A stretch of 64,000 nt of DNA from Vicinamibacterales bacterium (GCA_041394685.1 JAWKHU010000034.1:150827-214826), one strand, 5' to 3'. Numbered from the stretch's first letter, positions 28,770 through 36,870 are shown. Program-made: numbers and translations. The notes: generated from the sequence alone by a model not told the origin.

Positions 28770-29245
28770 GTGAGGCCTCGCTATCTTTGCCAGGACTGCC
28801 TGTTCCTGGGTGCCCCGGCGAAGCGTCTGGTGGGGTCTCCTGCCCTGGAATTGGTCCTCTGGCTCGTCTGGTGGTTCCGGGCGCGGCGTATGCGTGGTGG
28901 CGTCGTCGGGGAGTGATCTTGCTGTGCGACAGGTGTGGCGGTCCGCGCGTCGTGCCGGAGGTCAGCCCCGAGCAGAGATCGACGATTGCCGCGCACCCCA
29001 GACTGCCAGACGAAGTAGTGGGGAAGGCCACGGTATTCTGGCGCGTCTTCTGGGCCATGCCGGTGGCGAGCGGCGTTGGTGTCGTAGCGTTGTTCGTTCT
29101 GTCGGCGTTGGTTCCAACGGTTCGGGCCCAGCCCTGGTTCGGCTGGCTCGTTTACGGTGTCGCGGCGCCAATCGTTGGGCACGGGTTGTGGTTGGCGGCG
29201 CACTTGGTGTCCTCGGTGGTTAGAAGGCTCCGTGCGCGCCTCTGA
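28770..29245 (+). CDS. Cassette 11 gene a: membrane protein with a split zinc-ribbon (CxxC - TM - CxxC) and two further TM helices; GTG start; frameshift near 28870
   Basis: 'VRPRYLCQDCLFLGAPAKRLVGSPALELVLWLVWW' is followed, after a shift, by 'VPGAAYAWWRRRGVILLCDRCGGPRVVP...', then the hydrophobic 'VFWAMPVASGVGVVALFVLSALV' and 'FGWLVYGVAAPIVGHGLWLAAHLV'. Confidence 0.5.
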
Positions 29246-29400
29246 TGGGGCCGTCGAATCCGGCGTTGGAACCGATGTCCTTGGCCGCCGGCAGGTGCTC
29301 GCGCAGCGGTAGAATCGTGACGCCGCGCGGCGCGGCTCAACGCCAACCGGAGGCGGACATGTGAGCGAGACTGCAACTGGCTGAGTTCCAGCGCTCTGGC

Positions 29401-29775
29401 ATGACGCGTGATGGCGAGCAGATGTGGAAGCGCATAGTCGCAGCTGGGATCAGCGTGGCCGTCAGCACTGGGTTCTTGGTCTTGGGTGGGGCGGTTGCCA
29501 TGGACCCGGAATCGTGGTTCGTGCTGACCTTCGGCGTCGCACTACTGGCGTACTCATGTGGTTCTCTCGCAGTCCTGGGAGCGGCGTGGTATGCACCGGG
29601 CGGGTGGAGTCGGTGGGCAGCCTACCTAGCCTCGGGAGTCTCGGTGCTCTGGTCTCTCGGCTCATTCGATCACGGATTCATGAGCGGGCTAGAGGTTGTC
29701 TCGGCACTCAGATGCTCCGGTGCCTCCGCCCTGAACTGGGCATCCATACGATGGATCGAGCGAACCACCGCCTAA
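29401..29775 (+). CDS. Cassette 11 gene b: small 4-TM membrane protein (124 aa)
   Basis: Four hydrophobic segments. The stop TAA lies in the attC R'' core. Confidence 0.55.
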   Translation: MTRDGEQMWKRIVAAGISVAVSTGFLVLGGAVAMDPESWFVLTFGVALLAYSCGSLAVLGAAWYAPGGWSRWAAYLASGVSVLWSLGSFDHGFMSGLEVVSALRCSGASALNWASIRWIERTTA

Positions 29776-29844
29776 CAAGCGATTGCAGCCGACGGAGGCC
29801 CGGTAGATCCTGAGCGCGCCGCGGCTGAACCGCGGTCGTTGGAC
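29770..29844 (+). repeat. attC 11 (75 bp)
   Basis: R'' GCCTAAC 'aagcgattgcagccgacgg' ... 'ccgcggctgaaccgcggtc' R' GTTGGAC. Confidence 0.85.
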
Positions 29845-29852
29845 GGCTTGCG

Positions 29853-30315
29853 ATGACCGAGTGTGAGTTCGCGAAACGAATCGATGGGCGCTTTCCGTAC
29901 GAAGACCTGGAGCAACGGGCTCTCCTCGCCAGGTTGAGCTGCGCCATTTCACCCAATGCGGCCTTCATGCTTATTCACGAACTCGCCAGGCCTGGTCGTG
30001 GAGTGGTGGCGCCCCTGCAGAATCAATCGCAGTCTTGGACGCTGTAGCCGCGAGACTCGAACATCCACTAGCGATGTCTGTCTTCGCGCCTTGCGAGAAA
30101 AATGATCCAGGGGAGAGACCGCGACGGTGGACGAAGCGCTCGACCTGATGGGCGCCGTAGCATCCTATCGCGGACAGCATGCCGCGCTGGCTATCGCGGC
30201 TATGTCCTGCGATGATCCGGATGGTCGCGCAACGGACGCGGACGAACGCATCTCGCGCAAGCTGGGACGCCGCCTAGCACCCGCTTGCAGGCGACGGCGC
30301 GCGGTGGCATCCTGA
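29853..30315 (+). CDS. Cassette 12: hypothetical protein, split over three frames
   Basis: 'MTECEFAKRIDGRFPYEDLEQRALLARLSCAISPNAAFMLIHELARPG', then '...AESIAVLDAVAARLEHPLAMSVFAPCEKNDPGE', then '...VDEALDLMGAVASYRGQHAALAIAAMSCDDPDGRATDADERISRKLG'. Confidence 0.35.
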
Positions 30316-30343
30316 GCGCAGCGGCTGAACCGCGTCCTTTGGC
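30272..30343 (+). repeat. attC 12 (72 bp; mutated R' core)
   Basis: R'' GCCTAGC 'acccgcttgcaggcgacgg' ... 'gcggctgaaccgcgtc' then CTTTGGC in place of GTTGGAC. Confidence 0.6.
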
Positions 30344-30359
30344 GGACCGATCACGCGCC

Positions 30360-30877
30360 ATGGCATCATCCGACCCGTTGCAGATCGATCGCGCGCGGCT
30401 ACACAGCCGCGATCGCCATACTCCTGGGTCTCTTCGCGTGCGGCGCCCCTCCGGATGCGGAATACGAGTATCTGATCGCCCAGTTCGGTCGTGCCGAGTC
30501 CGTGCGGCCCACGTCACACGGTCCGGCGCGGGGCGAATGGAGGGTCGACGTCGCCGACCTGTTCTGGAACAAACCCGATAACCCTGATGTTGGTCGTCAG
30601 GGTGGCAGGACAGGTAGGACGCGAGGTCACGGTCCGCTACTCAGACGAAGCGGAGCCGCGCCAGTTGTCGGAACGCATCGAAGGCAGGACGCCAATCGAG
30701 GTCCGTTCGGGCCAATCGATTCTCTACGTCTATTCGAAGGACGGGCGGTCGGGAACCCACCACCTCCTGGCGTATGATCTGGAGAGGACGGTGCGCACGA
30801 ATCGGCAGGTCGAACCATCAGCCGTCTCGCTGAAGAATCCAGAAGACGGCGGGAGAGTTCAGCGGAGTAGCCAATGA
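30360..30877 (+). CDS. Cassette 13 gene a: predicted lipoprotein (frameshifts near 30400 and 30585)
   Basis: ATG 30360, then, after a shift, 'TAAIAILLGLFACGAPPDAEYEYLIAQFGRAESV...' (lipobox LFAC). ORF 30491..30877 supplies the tail '...VTVRYSDEAEPRQLSERIEGRTPIEVRSGQSILYVYSKDG'. Confidence 0.45.
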
Positions 30878-31212
30878 ACCGACGCAGAACCATCCGGATC
30901 GTATCGGCCGTCATCGTCGGAGCGGCGCTGTGGGTCGTGAGCGGGACCGTCTCAGTCAGACATCGTACTGTCACCGGAACCGTCACGGAGTTCCGCCCAG
31001 GCGACTGGCTCGCGATCAGGAACGATCAGTTCATGCTGTTTCCCCTCGCGCTGCATGGCGAGACACGATACGAGAGCCAGGACGGCCGTGCCATCGCAGC
31101 CCCTTCGACCGTCGAGGCTGGCGCCCTCGCGACCGTGTGGTATCGCGATCTCGGTGAACGACGACCGCGGGTGGGCCGAGTGCGTCTGGGCGATGAGGGG
31201 CGCGCACCCTGA
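30874..31212 (+). CDS. Cassette 13 gene b: N-terminally membrane-anchored small protein (112 aa)
   Basis: ATGA overlap with gene a. 'RRTIRIVSAVIVGAALWVVSG' is a TM anchor, followed by a beta-rich domain. Confidence 0.55.
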   Translation: MNRRRTIRIVSAVIVGAALWVVSGTVSVRHRTVTGTVTEFRPGDWLAIRNDQFMLFPLALHGETRYESQDGRAIAAPSTVEAGALATVWYRDLGERRPRVGRVRLGDEGRAP

Positions 31213-31244
31213 TGGGGCGAGCGGCTGCAGCGCGGTCGTTGGAA
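31153..31244 (+). repeat. attC 13 (92 bp, divergent), the last recognisable attC
   Basis: The left arm 'GGTGAACgacgaccgcgggtgggccg' pairs with the right arm 'cggctgcagcgcggtcGTTGGAA'. Confidence 0.6.
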
Positions 31245-31261
31245 GGCACGTCGAACATCAG

Positions 31262-31939
31262 ATGACAGGATGCATGGTGACAATCCGACGGACTTCCCGT
31301 AAAACCCCAACTCGGCGACGTCATGCCCTGCAGTTTCTCGTTGTGCTGCTGCGGTCCAACCCATTGATCTGGCGGCGCATTCACGTGCCAGGACGACTAT
31401 TCCTTCTGGGACTTGCACGTCGCAATCCAGGACGCCATGGGTTGGCAGGACTGCCATCTGCACGAGTTTCGGGTCGTCCGCGGCGCAGCCAGTGAACAGC
31501 AAGCCATTGGCATTCCGGACGACGACTTCCCCGATGAGCGGCCGCTTCTCCCAGGCTGGCAGGTTCCGATTCACGACTTCTTCAACTGGGACACGCTCTC
31601 TTCATCGCCGCCTGCCCGATACGTACATGATTTCGGCGACGAGTGGCAGGCACCTGGTCACGCTCGAGGACATTTCTCCGCGCGGCTCCGCCAAGCTGCC
31701 CCGCTGCACGGCGGGCGAGCGAGCGTGTCCTCCGGAGGATTGTGGCGGTGTGGACGGGTTCCAGTGCCTTCATCGAGGCCGTGTCGAACCCCGAGCATCC
31801 CGACCACAGAACAATGTGCGACTGGCGCGGTGGCGAATACGATCCTGAACTGTTCGACCCCAGCCGCGTGGTGTCAACGACCCGAAGAAGCGATGGAAAC
31901 GAGCATTCGGGCGATAGTCCGTTCAACAACGATCGATGA
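31262..31939 (+). CDS. pRiA4b ORF-3-like (PF07929-type) protein; at least 3 frame breaks. It is either the terminal cassette without an intact attC or the first non-integron gene.
   Basis: 'LQFLVVLLRSNPLIWRRIHVPG', then after a shift 'DYSFWDLHVAIQDAMGWQDCHLHEFRV...YVHDFGDEWQ', then 'HLVTLEDI...PRCTAGERACPPEDCGGVDGFQ', then 'FIEAVSNPEHPDH...YDPELFDP'. Confidence 0.7.
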
Positions 31940-32148
31940 CGGGACGGGAGAGATGGCCGTGCCCGTATCCACATTGTCGAGCCCTCCCTTGAACAGAGCG
32001 AGACCATTCCCGCGCAAACAGCCCTGAGCGGATCGTGACGGACTATATTCTCCTCGTGCACGACGACGGAGCCCGGGATGGGGAGTCGTCGAGATTCGGG
32101 AGCTGCCGCTTGGTTGATCCCGGACAGGGTGTCAACCAGGAGACGTCA

Positions 32149-32527
32149 ATGGCTCGTCACATCATCTTCACGCCGAACGCCCCCACGCCCCCGCCCTCCT
32201 ACAGCCAGGCGGTCAAGGCGGGGGCTTGATCTTCGTCTCGGGAACGGCCCCGGTCGATCCGGCAACCGGTGCCATGGCGGGCACGACGATTCAGGAGCAG
32301 ACGCGGCAGTGCCTGGTCAACATCCAGGCCATCGTGGAGGCCGCGGGCAGCTCGCTGGACAGGCTGGTCAGCGCAACCGTCATCCTGGCCGACGAGGACG
32401 ACTTTGCGGGCATGAACGAGGAGTGGCTGCGGTGGTTTCCGTCCGACCCGCCCGCCAGGCAGGGCGCGAAGCTGCCCGCGCGAATCCCGGCCTGAAGGTG
32501 TCCATCGCAGCCGTCGCGGAAGCCTGA
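32149..32527 (+). CDS. ridA: RidA/YjgF family reactive-intermediate deaminase (two frame breaks, near 32225 and 32490)
   Basis: 'MARHIIFTPNAPTPPPSYSQAVKAG', then 'IFVSGTAPVDPATGAMAGTTIQEQTRQCLVNIQAIVEAAGSSLDRLVSATVIL', then 'GLKVSIAAVAEA*'. Confidence 0.8.
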
Positions 32528-32573
32528 CGCCGCGATAGGCGCTACAATTGGCGTCCTCCCCAGGAGCACCGCC

Positions 32574-32765
32574 ATGCGCCGAACCATGACCGCGTTGTCC
32601 GTTGCCGGCGCCGGGTTGTTCGCCAGCGTCGCCGGCCAGGCGATCTGGCGTCAATCGCCGGACGAGATCTGGGCCGGCTGCGCCGTCGTCGGCGTCCTGC
32701 TCGGCGCGGCCATCGGGTTCGAGTCGAGCATTTCGCGTCTGCTGGCCCGTGTGATGCACACCTGA
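32574..32765 (+). CDS. Hypothetical small 2-TM membrane protein (63 aa)
   Basis: Intact ORF with two hydrophobic segments. Confidence 0.4.
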   Translation: MRRTMTALSVAGAGLFASVAGQAIWRQSPDEIWAGCAVVGVLLGAAIGFESSISRLLARVMHT

Positions 32766-32778
32766 TTCCTCTGAAAAG

Positions 32779-33360
32779 ATGCCCACGACCTCACGCGTCA
32801 CCATCCACATGGTGGCCAGCCTTGACGGGTTCATCGCGCGCAAGGACGGGCGCGTGGACTGGCTCGAAACCGCCGACGAGTTCCCGGGCGGCGTGACGCT
32901 CTCTCCGGAAACCATCAAGGGCTACCTGGACTCCATCGACTGCTACGTGATGGGCTCGCGCACGTATGAGACGGCGCTGGACTTCGACGCCAGGGGGCTC
33001 GGCTGGGTGTACGGCGACAAGCCCACGTTCGTGCTCACCAGCCGCCAGTTGCCGAAGCCGCGTGCGTCGGTCGAGTTCCATGCGGGAGACCTCACCGCCT
33101 TCTTCGACGAGCGGCTGCGGCCCACCTACGGCAGCATCTGGGTCGTGGGTGGTGGTGCGCTGGCCGGTGCGTGCCTTCGGCTTGCACTGGCCGACGAGGT
33201 GCGCTTCTCGATCGTGCCCATCGTGATCGGTGATGGCATCCCGTTCTTCAGCGGGCTCGACCGGGACGTCCCTCTGCACCTGGCCGAGGTCACGGCCTAT
33301 CGCAGCGGCATGGTGGCCCTCCGCCACGAGGTCCGCAAGGGCACCGCGGCCTCCGGCTGA
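32779..33360 (+). CDS. Dihydrofolate reductase family protein (RibD C-terminal domain type)
   Basis: 'RVTIHMVASLDGFIARKDGRVDWL...CYVMGSRTYE...IWVVGGGALAGACLRLALADEVRFSIVPIVIGDGIPFF'. Confidence 0.8.
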   Translation: MPTTSRVTIHMVASLDGFIARKDGRVDWLETADEFPGGVTLSPETIKGYLDSIDCYVMGSRTYETALDFDARGLGWVYGDKPTFVLTSRQLPKPRASVEFHAGDLTAFFDERLRPTYGSIWVVGGGALAGACLRLALADEVRFSIVPIVIGDGIPFFSGLDRDVPLHLAEVTAYRSGMVALRHEVRKGTAASG

Positions 33361-33369
33361 CGCACACGC

Positions 33370-33885
33370 ATGCTGCCGCGCCGCCCGTTCCAGCGGAACC
33401 GGTACCTCACGGGCCGCCTGCTGAGCGCCGAAGACTTCCAGCGCGAGCAGGACTACGTCGTGAACAAGGGGCGGCTTCACAACCGCTACCTGCACGGCTG
33501 GGGTGTGGTTGATGGTCTGCGGGTGTCGGCCGACGGGAATTCGGTGGTGGTGACGCCGGGCCTGGCCATCGACTGCCAGGGCAACGACGTCCTGCTTCCC
33601 GAGCCCGTGCGGCTGACGTGGTCGCGCAAGGCGGGCCGCTGTTTCGTCACCATCCGGTACGCCGAGACCCCCACCGGTGCCACGCCATCACCGGGCGGGT
33701 CCACGGAGCCGGCCATCATCCGCGAGGATGCGCTCGTGGAAATCTGTTCCTCGAACCCGCTTCATCGTCACGCGCGTCCGGGCATGCCGGGGTGTGGAAC
33801 CCCTCACGCCATCGCCCTGGCCACCCTTGGCCTTCGCCAGGGGCGCCGCTCGGTTGCTGCGCTGCGGGTCCGCCTGCCACGCTAG
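33370..33885 (+). CDS. Hypothetical protein (171 aa)
   Basis: Intact ORF 'RNRYLTGRLLSAEDFQREQDYVVNKGRLHNRYLHGWGVVDGLRV'. The family is not named with confidence. Confidence 0.45.
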   Translation: MLPRRPFQRNRYLTGRLLSAEDFQREQDYVVNKGRLHNRYLHGWGVVDGLRVSADGNSVVVTPGLAIDCQGNDVLLPEPVRLTWSRKAGRCFVTIRYAETPTGATPSPGGSTEPAIIREDALVEICSSNPLHRHARPGMPGCGTPHAIALATLGLRQGRRSVAALRVRLPR

Positions 33886-33919
33886 CGCGGCCGCTGGCGG
33901 GTGCTATCCTGCCCCTCGT

Positions 33920-34321
33920 ATGAAGAAGAGCATCGTGCCAGAGGGGATGACGGCGTCGCAAATGATCGACGGCCGCATCGCCGAGCTCGGCGACTGGAGA
34001 GGGAAGACCCTGGCCCACCTGAGACGACTGATCCGGGCCGCCGATCCAAACGTCGTCGAGGAGTGGAAGTGGAACGTGCCCGTGTGGTCGCACGACGGCG
34101 TCATCTGCACCGGCGAGACCTACAAGGCCGCGGTGAAGCTGACCTTCGCGAAGGGGGCGTCGGTGAAGGACCCGTCGACGCTCTTCAACTCGAGCCTCGA
34201 GGGCAACACCCGGCGCGCCATCGACGTGCGACAAGACGAAGAGATCGACGAAGCGGCGTTCAAGGCGCTCGTGCGAGAGGCAGTCTCCGTCAATCGCTCC
34301 TCGAAGAAGAGCAAAGCGTAG
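33920..34321 (+). CDS. DUF1801 (YdhG-like) domain protein
   Basis: 'IDGRIAELGDWRGKTLAHLRRLIRAADPNVVEEWKWNVPVWSHDGVICTGETYKAAVKLTFAKGASV'. Confidence 0.7.
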   Translation: MKKSIVPEGMTASQMIDGRIAELGDWRGKTLAHLRRLIRAADPNVVEEWKWNVPVWSHDGVICTGETYKAAVKLTFAKGASVKDPSTLFNSSLEGNTRRAIDVRQDEEIDEAAFKALVREAVSVNRSSKKSKA

Positions 34322-34384
34322 GACGCCCTGCGGGCGCGGGAACCGCTCGAGCACCGACGCCATCACCGGGACGAGGAGGTAGTC

Positions 34385-34870
34385 ATGAGATCAGCCGTCG
34401 CGCTCGTTGTCGTGACCGTTGCGGTGATGTGCCTGCCGGTATCGGCGAAGGGCATTACCACTCGCATCGTGATGACCCGGCTGTCCACCGGACAGGTCAC
34501 CGTGCTCAGCGAAGCCCGGCTCCTGGAGCAGTTCGACGTCTGGTCCGGACCGGGTACGAGCGACACGTCGGCCACCAGCTTCATCGTGGACTGGGCGGCG
34601 GGGGCGATGGACGCGCCGGGTGACCCATCCGAGCGGCTGGAGGTGCGCTTCCTCGTGCGGCGCAGCGGGTCTCGGGCCGAAGAACTGGCGTACGTCGTCT
34701 ACTACGTACCCGGATCCGAGGCGACGCCGGCCGCCGTGTACCTGCCAGGCCGGGGCGACGAGCACTTCACGGGCAACGTGCGCTCGATCCTGCGGGGACC
34801 CGGATTCGAAGGCCGTTGGTTCCGGGCCAGCGACGCCTGGCGCCGGGCGGCGTCCGACGCGCTCCACTGA
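34385..34870 (+). CDS. Hypothetical secreted protein (signal peptide)
   Basis: 'MRSAVALVVVTVAVMCLPVSAKG'. Intact ORF with a GGAGG Shine-Dalgarno upstream. Confidence 0.5.
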   Translation: MRSAVALVVVTVAVMCLPVSAKGITTRIVMTRLSTGQVTVLSEARLLEQFDVWSGPGTSDTSATSFIVDWAAGAMDAPGDPSERLEVRFLVRRSGSRAEELAYVVYYVPGSEATPAAVYLPGRGDEHFTGNVRSILRGPGFEGRWFRASDAWRRAASDALH

Positions 34871-34885
34871 ACCGGGCGCCCCGGG

Positions 34886-36218
34886 TCAGTCTGCGGCGTG
34901 ATCCTGTCCGGCCGTACCCATCGAGACGTCCGCCAGTCCCGAACGCACCATGTAGCCGTACAGCACCACCCCCGGCACGGCGAGCGCCGTCGTCAACAGG
35001 TAGAAGTTGACGTACCCCATGGCCTCGATCAGCGAGCCCGAGGTCGTGCCCGTTAGAAATCGGCCGGCGATGCTGGCCAGGGCCGTCAGCAGCGCGTACT
35101 GCGTGGCCGTGAACCGCAGGTTGCAGAGCGCCGACAGGTAGGCGACGACGGTGACGCCGCCGATGCCGCTGGCGAAGTTCTCGAAGCCGATGGCGCCGGC
35201 CATGCCGAGGTTGCTGTGGCCGTAGGCGGCCAGCGCCGCGAAGCTGAAGTTGGACACCGCCATCAGCACGAGGCTGACGAAGACGGAGCGCTTCATGCCA
35301 ATCGCCGAGTAGAGGGCGCCGCCCACGAACACGCCGGCCAGCAGGGTGGCGAAGCCCACGCCCACGTCGTAGAACGCGATCTCGTCGTTGGAGAACCCGA
35401 GGTCTTCGAACAGCAGCCGCAGCGTGAGGTTGGCCAGCGTGTCGCCGATCTTGTGGATCAGGACGAAGAACAGCACCACGAGCGCTCCCCGGCGCTGCAG
35501 GAACTCCACGAGGGGGCTGAAGTAGGCGACCACGGCCTGGCCCACGCCGGCGGTTGGCGCGGGCGCCCGGCGACGCGCCGGCTCTCCCATGACCACGCCG
35601 ACGGCCATGGCCGGAAGCGCGAAGAGCGCACACGTGGTGTAGGCCGCGGCCCAGCCTGCACGGGCCGCAATCACCAGCGCCAGCGCGCCCGCAGACGCCG
35701 CCCCGATTCGCCAGCCGTACTGCGACATGCCGGAACCGACGCCGAGCTGACGCGGCTCCAGCAGCTCGATGCGGTAGGCGTCGATGACGATGTCGAAGGT
35801 GGCGCCGGCGATGCCGACGAGGATGGCGGCCGTGGCGACGGTAGGCAGCGCGGCGGTCGGATCGACGCTTCCGAGAAAGGCGACGGCGGCCATGACGAGC
35901 AGGCCCACGAACCACAGCCACGACCGGCGCTGGCCGAAGCGCCCGAGGAACGGCAGGCGCACCGTGTCCACCAGCGGCGCCCACAGGAACTTGAAATTGT
36001 AGGCGAGAAGGTGAGCGCAAAGGCCGTGACGGCGCTCTTGCGGATGCCGTATGCTGGGCCAGGCGCGTGGTCAGCGTGGCGCCGATCATGGCGAACGCGA
36101 ACCCGGACGAGACGCCGAGGAAGGCGGCGGCCAGGGGCGGCCTCGACGTAGGGGCGAGACACCCTGAGGCAGGCGGTCGCGCCAGCCGGCTGGCGCGACG
36201 GCGCCTGGTGCGGTCCAT
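34886..36218 (-). CDS. ampG: AmpG-family muropeptide MFS transporter (frame breaks in the 5' ~250 nt)
   Basis: 'LPFLGRFGQRRSWLW...ATFDIVIDAYRIELLEPRQLGVGSGMSQYGWRIG' in ORF 34886..35971(-). Upstream frames supply 'FLGVSSGFAFAMIGATLTTRLA' and 'GIRKSAVTAFALTF'. Confidence 0.8.
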
Positions 36219-36288
36219 GGCCCATTACTGTAGCGCGAGAGCGTGGGGCCCTGTGGCGTATGCTGTCGCCAGCGGCAGCGCTCATGCC

Positions 36289-36870
36289 ATGAAGACGCAG
36301 TGCACACGGCCACCAGCACTCGACGGCTTCATCGCCACCGAGGACGACTCGCTCGACTGGCTCTTTCAGCTCGGCGACATCAACGAGACGAGCTATCCGG
36401 CGTTCATCAAGCAGGTCGGCGCGCTGGCCATGGGGGCGGCAACCTACGAATGGATGCTCCGGCACGTCGTGAAGCCGGATGGCAGCGGCGAGTGGCCCTA
36501 CGACCAGCCCGTCTGGGTGTTCACGCACCGGACGCTGCCGGGCGTGGCGCAGGCGGACATCCGTTTCGTGCAGGGCGATGTCGCGCCCGTCCACGCGGCG
36601 ATGGCGTCAGCCGCACACGGCCGCAACGTCTGGATCGTCGGCGGCGGCGAGCTGGTGGGCCGCTTCCACGACGCGGGCCTGCTGGACGAGATCATCGTGC
36701 AGGTCGGCTCGGTGACGCTCGGCCGCGGCAAGCCGCTCCTGCCGCGCCGCATCGCCTTCCCGCCGCTGGTGCTGACATCGGTGGCACAGATGGGGAAGGG
36801 CTTCGCCGAGCTGCGCTACGACATCCCCCGCGCCTCCCGAGAAGACAGACCGCGAACGGTTCCGACCTGA
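36289..36870 (+). CDS. Dihydrofolate reductase family protein (second paralogue; the first codons may be affected by an indel)
   Basis: 'LDGFIATEDDSLDWLFQ...ALAMGAATYEWML...VWIVGGGELVGRFHDAGLLDEIIVQVGSVTLGRGKPLLP'. Confidence 0.75.
   Translation: MKTQCTRPPALDGFIATEDDSLDWLFQLGDINETSYPAFIKQVGALAMGAATYEWMLRHVVKPDGSGEWPYDQPVWVFTHRTLPGVAQADIRFVQGDVAPVHAAMASAAHGRNVWIVGGGELVGRFHDAGLLDEIIVQVGSVTLGRGKPLLPRRIAFPPLVLTSVAQMGKGFAELRYDIPRASREDRPRTVPT

Larger units (their letters stand above)
21498..31244. mobile_element. Sedentary chromosomal integron: intI, attI and an array of 13 attC-bounded cassettes. A 14th attC-less unit may extend it to about 32.0 kb.
   Basis: Integron-type tyrosine recombinase, divergent attI with a GTTAGCC core, and 13 imperfect palindromes bounded by RYYYAAC...GTTRRRY. 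Small co-oriented ORFs lie between them. Confidence 0.9.

Noticed and set aside
29254-29362. A 14th functional attC between the two genes of cassette 11.
   Set aside because: Both arms show only partial similarity (about 15 of 25 positions in the left arm). The R' position reads 'ccaaccgg' with no GTT core. It is treated as a decayed remnant, not a functional site.
31986-32042. A terminal attC after the pRiA4b-like gene ('cttGAAC ... GTGAcgg').
   Set aside because: The arms are not convincingly complementary and the R' core lacks GTT. This is insufficient evidence.
32149-34870. The small co-oriented genes after the array (ridA, a 2-TM ORF, DHFR-like, a hypothetical, DUF1801 and a secreted protein) as further integron cassettes.
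   Set aside because: No RYYYAAC...GTTRRRY palindromes occur in any of the spacers, the GC content returns to the host level, and several belong to common housekeeping families.
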